Part shown: in pieces, positions 56,773-64,000 of the stretch
Layout of the letters: each line of letters begins with the position of its first letter
Numbering within the stretch: position 1 is the stretch's first letter
From: Candidatus Bipolaricaulota bacterium
Lineage (GTDB): Bacteria; Bipolaricaulota; Bipolaricaulia; M55B111
Direction of reading: 5' to 3'
Length of the DNA: 64,000 bases
Assembly: GCA_021735245.1 (NCBI GenBank)
Contig: JAIPHJ010000004.1
Coordinates: 14,652-78,651, forward strand
The notes under the pieces: model-generated
The model's input: only the letters and a program-made list of their open reading frames with translations
Databases searched by the model: none
Told to the model about the DNA's origin: nothing
Made by a program: the position numbers and the translations under genes

Positions 56773-57987
56773 ATGAGATCTTTTTTATCGGAAAGAGCTA
56801 AAAATACAGAGCGCTCAGCAATAAGAGAGATATTGAAATATACCCAGGAGCCCGAAGTAATTTCCTTTGCCGGGGGGTTACCAAAGCCGGAAACCTTTCC
56901 CCGAGAAGGACTGGCGGAATCCGCAGCTAGTCAAATCCGGGACAATTACGAGAAATCCTTACAGTACGGAACAACCGAGGGAATAAAAGAGTTTCGCCAG
57001 GAGATGTCGTCCTGGCTTTCAGAGTTTGGGCTGGAACTGGAACTGAAAAATATTATTGCCACCAACTCTTCCCAGCAGGCAATAGACCTGGTCTCCAAGA
57101 CGTTTTTGGATCCCGGTGATCGGATCTTCTGCGGTCTTCCTACTTACCTCGGGGCAGTTCAAGCCTTTAGTACTTTCCAGGCTGAAAAAGTCGGAATCCC
57201 TCTGGAAAAAGACGGGATGAATCTGGAAATCCTGGAGAAAAAAATAAAAGATTCGAAATCATCCGGCAGGAGAGCAAAGTTCATATACGTAATTCCCGAT
57301 TTTCAGAATCCGACTGGGGTAACGTTAAGCAAGAAAAAACGTAAAAAGATACTGGATATTGCCGAAGAACACGACCTGCTGATAATAGAAGACACGCCCT
57401 ATTTTGGAGTAAGGTTCTCTAAAGGTTTCAAAAAACCCATAGGGACGTACGACGATAATGGCCGGGTAATAACTATTGCGTCACTTTCCAAAATACTTTC
57501 TTCCGGGATGAGGCTAGCCGTAGTGGGGGGTCCATCGGAATTACTCGCCAACCTGGTAACTATGAAACAGTCGACCGATTTGTGTACCTCGACTACCACC
57601 CAGTGGATCGCTGCCGATTGGCTAAAAAACAACAATCTATCCGACCACTTAAAAGAGCTCAGAAAGTACTACAGGGAGAACCGGGACGCCATGATAGAGG
57701 AAATGAACAGGTCGTTCCCAAAAGACGAAGGTATATCCTGGACGGAACCGAACGGCGGCCTCTTCATCTGGGTAACTCTGCCGGAAGGGATGGACTCGGA
57801 ATCAGTATTTGAAAAAGGGCTGGAAAATAACGTCGCTTTCGTTCCCGGTCACCACTTCTACGTGAATGGTGGGGGGCAAAACACCATGAGGCTTTCCTAC
57901 TCCCTATTAAATCCGGAAAAAATAAGGGAAGGGATAAACCGGCTGGGCAAAGTCCTGGAAAAAGAACTGAGCCCTATATCTCAGTAG
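56773..57987 (+). CDS. PLP-dependent aminotransferase (class I/II, 2-aminoadipate/aromatic aminotransferase-like)
   Basis: 404-aa ORF with SFAGGLPKPETFP, IPDFQNPTG and the PLP-lysine motif SLSKILSSGMRLA. Confidence 0.82.
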   Translation: MRSFLSERAKNTERSAIREILKYTQEPEVISFAGGLPKPETFPREGLAESAASQIRDNYEKSLQYGTTEGIKEFRQEMSSWLSEFGLELELKNIIATNSSQQAIDLVSKTFLDPGDRIFCGLPTYLGAVQAFSTFQAEKVGIPLEKDGMNLEILEKKIKDSKSSGRRAKFIYVIPDFQNPTGVTLSKKKRKKILDIAEEHDLLIIEDTPYFGVRFSKGFKKPIGTYDDNGRVITIASLSKILSSGMRLAVVGGPSELLANLVTMKQSTDLCTSTTTQWIAADWLKNNNLSDHLKELRKYYRENRDAMIEEMNRSFPKDEGISWTEPNGGLFIWVTLPEGMDSESVFEKGLENNVAFVPGHHFYVNGGGQNTMRLSYSLLNPEKIREGINRLGKVLEKELSPISQ

Positions 57988-58046
57988 TACGCTGGAGCCA
58001 GGGGAGCAGATTTAGCACTAAAAGTTCAACTTCAAGAGGTGGAAAA

Positions 58047-59021
58047 ATGCCGGATCGTTCCAAATTCTTGGTCATTATTGTTGGTTTAGTGCTTTTCTTT
58101 ACCTGGACCAGTCCAGCCATCGGAAGTTCTATAGACCAGCTGGAAAAACTGGCAGACTCTGACTTTATACCGGAGGTCAGGAAGGCTGCTTCGAAAGCTC
58201 TTGCGAGGAAGTACGTCGATCAAAAAATCCCACCTTCGAAAATAGTCAATATAGCGGAGAACGCCGGGACCGACCAGCTCAGGAATGCAGCAATTAAAGC
58301 GTTGACCAGGAGGTACGAGGACGCAAATGGAGTGGGGTCACTGAAGGAAGCACTGAAAAAGGCAAACCGGTTAGAAGAAAAAGTCAAATCGGGAGAGACC
58401 CTGGCGGAAAGGCGGGCCGCAAGTTCGGCACTTGGTTTCTACTATCTTGCCTTCAACGTAAACGAGGTGGAAGGCTACTCGGTAAATGACGTGGAGGCTA
58501 TAGCAACCGAGTCAGAAGAAATCGGGTTAAGGAAGGCAGGGGTTCTTGCCCTCGAATTCATCTACCCGAACCACTACTCGGCCGACGAGCTTATCGATCT
58601 GATAGATTCCACCTCCCACGAGCGAATAAAACAGGGAGCGGCGGGAGCAATAGCAATCAGGTACTCCAGCCAAATGCCACCGAACCCAGAACTCGATGCA
58701 CTGAAAGGAATCGCCTCCGACGAAAACGAGAGTTCCTGGATAAGGGAAGCTGCCGGTCGGGCCTTTGGAGAATTGGCTCCGGACCGGGTTAATTCCGAAC
58801 AGCTTAAAGAACTCGCTCTTTCCGGCAATACGGTAGAAATTAGATCCGGGGCGGCCGAAGCCTGGTCCAGGATACTGATCCGTTCAGAAAAAACACAGGA
58901 GGAACTACTAAGGATGGTCTGTGCCGCTACGGGTTTTGCGCCCCCAGCCTATAGATCAGCAATCACCGCCGCTCTGGCCGATAAAATGTTTAAGACCGGT
59001 ACAAGCATCCAGGGAGGCTAA
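58047..59021 (+). CDS. Secreted HEAT-like repeat protein
   Basis: Signal peptide FLVIIVGLVLFFTWTSPAIGSS. It has about seven repeats of the pattern x-(V/L/I)-R-x-A-A-x-x-A-(L/I)-x-x-x-Y, for example EVRKAASKALARKY, LRNAAIKALTRRY and IKQGAAGAIAIRY. Confidence 0.7.
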   Translation: MPDRSKFLVIIVGLVLFFTWTSPAIGSSIDQLEKLADSDFIPEVRKAASKALARKYVDQKIPPSKIVNIAENAGTDQLRNAAIKALTRRYEDANGVGSLKEALKKANRLEEKVKSGETLAERRAASSALGFYYLAFNVNEVEGYSVNDVEAIATESEEIGLRKAGVLALEFIYPNHYSADELIDLIDSTSHERIKQGAAGAIAIRYSSQMPPNPELDALKGIASDENESSWIREAAGRAFGELAPDRVNSEQLKELALSGNTVEIRSGAAEAWSRILIRSEKTQEELLRMVCAATGFAPPAYRSAITAALADKMFKTGTSIQGG

Positions 59022-59022
59022 G

Positions 59023-60807
59023 ATGAAGGAAACACCCGCTAGATACTTGATATTCGCCGTTCTTGCCCTTCTTATAGTTAGTCCGGCCGGCGCTGCGCGA
59101 GAGGGAGACCCACCCCCGGAACCTCTGATCGTACCGATAGGCAGAAACGACAGCCTGTGGGATATGGAAGATCTGGTTCCCGGAGAACCGGGAGGAGAAG
59201 TCCGTTATACCACCGAGAAGTTCCCGAACACTTTCAACAACCTGCTCGGGAAAAAGAAGGAGACAAAGGACGTAACGAAAATGATAATGGGTGCCGGATT
59301 AACGACTGAAAACCCCGCGAACGGTAGAGTCGTGCCCGCTTTCGCAAAATCCTGGTCGGTGTCGGAGAACGGACGTATTTATACCTTTAACCTTAGAGAA
59401 GGACTCAGGTTCTCCGACGGCAATCCTCTAACGGCCGAGGACGTAGTTTTTACCTACAGGCATCTGATCTTTAACCCGGAGGTCAACATTGAGAGAAAAG
59501 ACCTTCTCCGCATAGGAGGCGAGTTGCCTGAAATAGAACTCGTAGATCGACTAACGATTAAATTCAGACTCCCGGAATCCGACGGCACTTTTCCGAGACG
59601 GGTTAGTACCGGAATTTACCCGAAACACAAATTAAAGGGAATTACCGGAAAGGAGTTTAACGATGCCTGGAATAGAGAAATAGCAGCCGAAAATCCCGAA
59701 GAAATAGTTGGGGCGGGACCGTTTAAGTTAAAAGAATTCGTTCCGGGCGAGGAAATAACACTGACCCGGAATCCCCACTACTATAAAGTAGACCCTCGGG
59801 GAACCCAGCTTCCCTACCTTGATCGTTATAGAGTGGTTAAAGTAAAAGACAATGATGTCGAATTTGTGAAGTTCAGAAGCGGTGAAACGGATTTTCTCCG
59901 CCCCCAAATCCGTGATATGCCTTACTTATTGAGCCACAGGGACGAGGAAAACTGGAACCTAATAACGGGAAGGGGTGCACAATCCGCCCCGCTAAACGCG
60001 GACTTCTTGACCTTTAACTGGAATACACAACAAGAAGCCCTGAACGAGCTATTTCGCGAACCCGACTTCAGGCGGGCCGTTTCCCTCGCAATAGATGCCG
60101 AAGAGATAGTCCGGGAAGTATTTAATGGGTTCGGGCAACTCCAGTACGGACCGATTTCCCGCCTGTCTCCCTATCATAACTCAAATATGGAAGACGTTTT
60201 GCCAGCGCGATTCAGCCCCGAAACGGCCCGGGAAATACTAGACGGGCTGGGATTTAAGGACAGAGACGAAGACGGAATTAGGGAGCTGAATAACGGTAAC
60301 CCTGTCAGGTTTTCGATTCTGGTCAACCAGGAGAACAGGGCGAGGAATCAAATGGCCGAAATCATCGCCGGCGATCTTCAAAAGATAGGGCTGAAATCTG
60401 ATATAGTTAGTCCGGTGTTTGATGGATATTCCTCCCGGTTAATCCGCGGAAATTATCAGTCGGCAATCGCCAGCGCACTGGCAAACTCCAGAGAGCCTTC
60501 CACGCTAGCCGATATCTTCACTTCGGAAGGACCACTCCACCTGTGGAACCTGGGACAGGACAGGACCCTAACCGAATGGGAAGGAGAAATAGACCAGCTG
60601 TTCCGGAAAGGCCGGAAAGCTAACGACTTTAGGGAAAGAAAGAAACATTACGACCGGTTCCAGGAGTTGTTTGCCGAAAAGTTGTCCGTAATTTATCTTC
60701 CGGGAGAGTGCTTCCTCTACGCAACAGGCCCTTCGGTTAGAAACTGGCAGGAATTCAATCGACTGGGAACTTTCCTCGATTTTGCGGAATTCATCTGGGT
60801 AGAATAA
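59023..60807 (+). CDS. ABC transporter substrate-binding protein, family 5 (peptide/nickel type)
   Basis: The ATG at 59023 follows GGGAGG and gives the signal peptide MKETPARYLIFAVLALLIVSPAGA. The body is DppA/OppA-like (FSDGNPLTAEDVVFTY, GAGPFKLKEFVPGEEITLTRNPHYY). The ORF-track start at 58921 is an extension into the upstream gene. Confidence 0.82.
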   Translation: MKETPARYLIFAVLALLIVSPAGAAREGDPPPEPLIVPIGRNDSLWDMEDLVPGEPGGEVRYTTEKFPNTFNNLLGKKKETKDVTKMIMGAGLTTENPANGRVVPAFAKSWSVSENGRIYTFNLREGLRFSDGNPLTAEDVVFTYRHLIFNPEVNIERKDLLRIGGELPEIELVDRLTIKFRLPESDGTFPRRVSTGIYPKHKLKGITGKEFNDAWNREIAAENPEEIVGAGPFKLKEFVPGEEITLTRNPHYYKVDPRGTQLPYLDRYRVVKVKDNDVEFVKFRSGETDFLRPQIRDMPYLLSHRDEENWNLITGRGAQSAPLNADFLTFNWNTQQEALNELFREPDFRRAVSLAIDAEEIVREVFNGFGQLQYGPISRLSPYHNSNMEDVLPARFSPETAREILDGLGFKDRDEDGIRELNNGNPVRFSILVNQENRARNQMAEIIAGDLQKIGLKSDIVSPVFDGYSSRLIRGNYQSAIASALANSREPSTLADIFTSEGPLHLWNLGQDRTLTEWEGEIDQLFRKGRKANDFRERKKHYDRFQELFAEKLSVIYLPGECFLYATGPSVRNWQEFNRLGTFLDFAEFIWVE

Positions 60808-60831
60808 AAAAGGGGAGCCGTCCGGCTCCCC
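60805..60831 (-). terminator. Intrinsic terminator of ppdK (hairpin shared with the convergent SBP gene)
   Basis: ggggagcc (60812-60819), loop gtcc, then ggctcccc (60824-60831). On the minus strand the hairpin is followed by an A-then-TTTTTT tract (the complement of aaaaaa, 60806-60811). Confidence 0.7.
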
Positions 60832-60866
60832 CGTAAAGATCTAATCTAACCGGTATAAGTCAACTA

Positions 60867-63500
60867 TTATTCCGAAGAGTCAAGTTCGGCCTGAGCAGCT
60901 GCCAGCCGGGCGATAGGCACTCGGAACGGAGATGCGCTGACGTAATCAAGCCCTACTTCTTTTGCTATCTCGATGGAGTCAGGATCTCCACCCTGCTCGC
61001 CACATATCCCTATTGAGATATCCTCGTTGGTCTTCTTTCCTCGTTCGGTGGCCATTTTCATCATCGGGGCTACGCCCTTCGCGTCCAGCGTCTCGAACGG
61101 ATTGTCAGCCAGCACGCCTTCTTCGAGGTATTCCTCGAGGAATTTTCCTGCGTCGTCACGGCTGTAACCGAACGTGAGCTGGGTCAGGTCGTTTGTACCG
61201 AAGGAGAAGAACTCGGCGTCCTCGGCAATTTCGTCGGCAAGGACACAGGCTCTCGGTATCTCTATCATCGTACCTATTTCGTACTCCAGATCGACGCCAA
61301 ACGACTCTCTAACGTCTTCTTCTACGCCTTTGATCGTATCCCTGACCCGTCTCATCTCTTCGGGATCCCCGACGAGCGGCACCATGATCTTCGGTATCGC
61401 GTCCACGCCCGCTTCCTGGAGGTCAGCTGCAGCTCTAAGGATGGCCTCGACCTGCATCTCGTAGATCTCTGGCATGGTGATTCCCAGCCTGCATCCCCGG
61501 TGACCGAGCATCGGGTTGAATTCCTCGAGTTCTTCTAACTTACCCTTTACCTCTTCTGGTTCCATGCCGGCCGTAGTAGCAAATTCTTCGATCTCGTCTT
61601 CCGAATCCGGAAGGAACTCGTGGAGAGGTGGGTCAAGCAGTCGAATGATAACTGGCAGGCCTTCCATCTCCTCGAGAATACCCTCGAAGTCTTCTTTCTG
61701 AAATTTAGCCAGTTCGGAGAGGTATTGTTCCCGGTCCTCCCGGTCCTCCGCCATTATTGTCTGGCGAATGTAGGGGAGTCTATCGTCACCGAAGAACATG
61801 TGCTCGGTTCGACAAAGACCCACTCCTTCTGCTCCGTAGTCCCTCGCTTTGCCTGCGTCCTCAGGAGTATCGGCGTTTGTTCTTACACCGAGCCGGCGAA
61901 CGTCGTCCGCCCACTCCATAAGCGTCTGAAAGCTTTCGCCCATCTTCGGTTCGACGGTGGGTACCTCGCCAAGCATGACCTCGCCCGTCGTTCCGTCTAT
62001 AGATATGTAATCGCCCTTATTTACGGTCGTTCCGTCAACTTCAAATTTATTCGCCTCGTAATCTATATCGATGGCACCACAGCCGGCGACGGCCGGTTTT
62101 CCCATGCCTCTCGCAACTACTGCAGCGTGGGAAGTCATTCCACCGCGGGAAGTAAGTACCCCTTCGGCTGCCTCGAGTCCCTCTATGTCCTCCGGAGAAG
62201 TCTCCGTCCTTACAAGAATGACCTTTTCACCGTTGTCTCGTTTCTCGACGGCTTCTTCGGCCGTGAAGACTACCTCTCCCACTGCCGCACCGGGGGAAGC
62301 GTTTATTCCCTTGGCAAGCACCTCTTTGTCCGCTTCCTTGTCAAAAGACGGATGGAGTAGCTGATCCAGGGTTTCCGGGTCAATCCGACCAACCGCCGTT
62401 TCCTTGTCTATCAGACCTTCTTCAGCCATGTCGGTCGCGATCTTAACGGCAGCCTTCGCGGTTCTTTTCCCGGTTCTCGTCTGGAGCATGTAAAGGTCGC
62501 CATTCTCTATCGTGAATTCGACGTCCTGGACGTCCTTGTAGTGTTCTTCCAGTTTCTGGAAAATCTCTTCCAGCTCGTCCCAGGCTTCGGGCATCTCGTC
62601 CTTTAGAGTCTTTATGTCTTTGGGCGTCCGTACTCCTGCCACGACGTCTTCTCCCTGGGCGTTTTTCAGGTATTCTCCGTAACGTTTCTTTTCTCCCGTG
62701 GAAGGATTTCTTGTAAATGCAACGCCGGTTGCAGAATTTTCACCGGTGTTACCAAAGACCATCGTCTGAACGTTTACGGCCGTTCCCAGAGCGTCGTGAG
62801 GCAAGTCGTTGATCTCACGGTATTTTATCGCTCTCGGATTATTCCAGGATCCGAATACCGCGTCAATAGCGCCCCAGAGCTGTTCGCGAGGCTCCGTCGG
62901 GAACTCCTCACCGAGGTTTTCTTCGTAAATTTCTTTAAACTTGTTAACGACCTCTTTCAGATCATCCACGTCTAAATCCGTGTCGTTTTCGGCTCCTTTC
63001 TCGTCCTTTATGTCTTCGAGGGCCAGGTCAAATTCCCGGGCGTCAATTCCCTTAACTACTTCGCCGTACATCTGAATCAGTCGGCGGTAGGAATCCCAGC
63101 CAAACCTTTCATTGCCGGTTCTATCCACGAGCCCCTGTAAGGTCTCCTCGTTCAGACCGACGTTCAGGACGGTATCCATCATACCCGGCATCGAAACGGC
63201 CGCTCCCGATCTGACCGAAAGCAGCAGGGGATCTTCCGGGTCTCCAAATTCTCTACCATTTACCTCTTCCAGCTTACTGAGATTCTCGTCAACAGATTTT
63301 TCAAGTCCTTCCGGGTACGTCTCGTCGTGCCTATAGTAATGCTGACAGACCTCTGCCGAAAGCGTGAACCCGGCGGGTACAGGTATGCCAATATTGGTCA
63401 TCTCCGCCAGATTAGCACCTTTTCCTCCAAGAATGTCCTCCAGTTCTTCTGAACCGTCAGCTTCTCCGGCCCCAAAAAAATAGACGTAATCCATAAACAA
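60867..63500 (-). CDS. ppdK: Pyruvate, phosphate dikinase
   Basis: 877-aa ORF with GGKGANLAEM at the N-terminus, the phosphohistidine motif GGMTSHAAVVARG, and the PEP-utiliser TIM-barrel motifs GLCRTEHMF and SFGTNDLTQ. Confidence 0.93.
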   Translation of the reverse strand: MFMDYVYFFGAGEADGSEELEDILGGKGANLAEMTNIGIPVPAGFTLSAEVCQHYYRHDETYPEGLEKSVDENLSKLEEVNGREFGDPEDPLLLSVRSGAAVSMPGMMDTVLNVGLNEETLQGLVDRTGNERFGWDSYRRLIQMYGEVVKGIDAREFDLALEDIKDEKGAENDTDLDVDDLKEVVNKFKEIYEENLGEEFPTEPREQLWGAIDAVFGSWNNPRAIKYREINDLPHDALGTAVNVQTMVFGNTGENSATGVAFTRNPSTGEKKRYGEYLKNAQGEDVVAGVRTPKDIKTLKDEMPEAWDELEEIFQKLEEHYKDVQDVEFTIENGDLYMLQTRTGKRTAKAAVKIATDMAEEGLIDKETAVGRIDPETLDQLLHPSFDKEADKEVLAKGINASPGAAVGEVVFTAEEAVEKRDNGEKVILVRTETSPEDIEGLEAAEGVLTSRGGMTSHAAVVARGMGKPAVAGCGAIDIDYEANKFEVDGTTVNKGDYISIDGTTGEVMLGEVPTVEPKMGESFQTLMEWADDVRRLGVRTNADTPEDAGKARDYGAEGVGLCRTEHMFFGDDRLPYIRQTIMAEDREDREQYLSELAKFQKEDFEGILEEMEGLPVIIRLLDPPLHEFLPDSEDEIEEFATTAGMEPEEVKGKLEELEEFNPMLGHRGCRLGITMPEIYEMQVEAILRAAADLQEAGVDAIPKIMVPLVGDPEEMRRVRDTIKGVEEDVRESFGVDLEYEIGTMIEIPRACVLADEIAEDAEFFSFGTNDLTQLTFGYSRDDAGKFLEEYLEEGVLADNPFETLDAKGVAPMMKMATERGKKTNEDISIGICGEQGGDPDSIEIAKEVGLDYVSASPFRVPIARLAAAQAELDSSE

Positions 63501-63522
63501 ACCTCCCGTTTATTTTGGTAAG

Positions 63523-64000
63523 TTATCTAAACAATGCTTCAACAAATTCTTCTCTGTCAAACTCGTGCAAATCTTCCTGATTCTCGCCAACTCCAATCAA
63601 TTTTATGGGAGCGGAAAATTCATCTACAATTTGGAAGATCACCCCTCCCTTTCCGGTGCTATCCAGTTTAGTCAAAATAATCCCGGTAAGCCCGACAGCC
63701 TCGTCGAACTTTTCCGCCTGAGAGACACCGTTCTGTCCATTCGTCGCATCTATAGTGAGCAACCTCTCGTCGACCGGTCGGCCGAGCTTCTTTTCGACCA
63801 CCCGGTCAATCTTCTTCAACTCCTCCATTAGGTTATGCTTCGTCTGCAGCCGACCCGCTGTGTCGATCAACAGAAGATCGGCGTCATTGTTCAAAGAATA
63901 CTCCAGTCCGTCGTAGGCTACGGCCGAGGGATCAGCCCCAATGTCGTGACTTATCGCCTTTGCCCCAACTTTATCCGCCCAGAGCTCCAGCTGTTCTATC
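63523..64000 (-). CDS. ftsY: Signal recognition particle receptor FtsY (5' end outside the window)
   Basis: SRP-GTPase motifs DTAGRLQ and TKLDSTGKGG. The frame stays open to the window edge (IEQLELWADKVGAKAI...). Confidence 0.85.
   Translation of the reverse strand, partial: IEQLELWADKVGAKAISHDIGADPSAVAYDGLEYSLNNDADLLLIDTAGRLQTKHNLMEELKKIDRVVEKKLGRPVDERLLTIDATNGQNGVSQAEKFDEAVGLTGIILTKLDSTGKGGVIFQIVDEFSAPIKLIGVGENQEDLHEFDREEFVEALFR

Noticed and set aside
58921-59022. Upstream extension of the family-5 SBP ORF (ORF-track start 58921).
   Set aside because: The extension overlaps the HEAT-repeat gene by 100 nt and encodes a Pro/Arg-rich peptide. The ATG at 59023, preceded by GGGAGG, yields a proper signal peptide.

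Overview
This 64-kb window is a bacterial chromosomal segment. The bacterial assignment rests on an rsmH-ftsL-ftsI division cluster, csaB, ppdK and ftsY. Encoded proteins are visibly rich in Asp and Glu, which may indicate a salt-adapted organism, but the taxon cannot be named from sequence alone. I found no rRNA genes, CRISPR arrays or transposases.

Contents from left to right:
- sdhAB, preceded on the minus strand by a Liv-type amino-acid ABC transporter.
- An uncharacterised four-gene module: a mini membrane ORF, an acidic protein, a Tat-signal protein, and a 494-aa internally duplicated beta-rich protein.
- A complete trpEGDCFBA operon preceded by what looks like a classical attenuator: a near-consensus promoter, a 29-codon Trp-Leu-Trp leader peptide, a stem and an intrinsic terminator.
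- A glutamate-synthase-like FMN protein.
- An 830-bp non-coding tract carrying a 20-bp x3 tandem repeat, followed by an internally deleted fpg.
- A nine-gene minus-strand locus: a GntR regulator, an Opu-type betaine ABC transporter, a Cys/Cys proline-racemase homologue, two non-pyrrolysine MttB-family methyltransferases and an aminotransferase.
- Assorted redox and hydrolase genes, then tRNA-Ala(UGC).
- An AT-richer segment opened by a minimal tyrosine recombinase. It encodes a processive GT2 synthase with a C-terminal MshEN-like c-di-GMP motif, a glycosidase-like protein, and a VTC / DUF4956 / multidomain CotH-kinase trio.
- A tract of gene decay: a radical-SAM/SPASM remnant, an araD-like pseudogene and a further pseudogene fragment, around one intact FGGY kinase.
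- Cell-envelope and division genes, aminotransferase, HEAT-repeat and peptide-SBP genes, ppdK, and a 5'-truncated ftsY.

The most interesting candidates are the MttB-racemase betaine locus, the VTC-DUF4956-CotH module with its neighbouring c-di-GMP-gated synthase, the trp attenuator, and the uncharacterised Tat-associated module.
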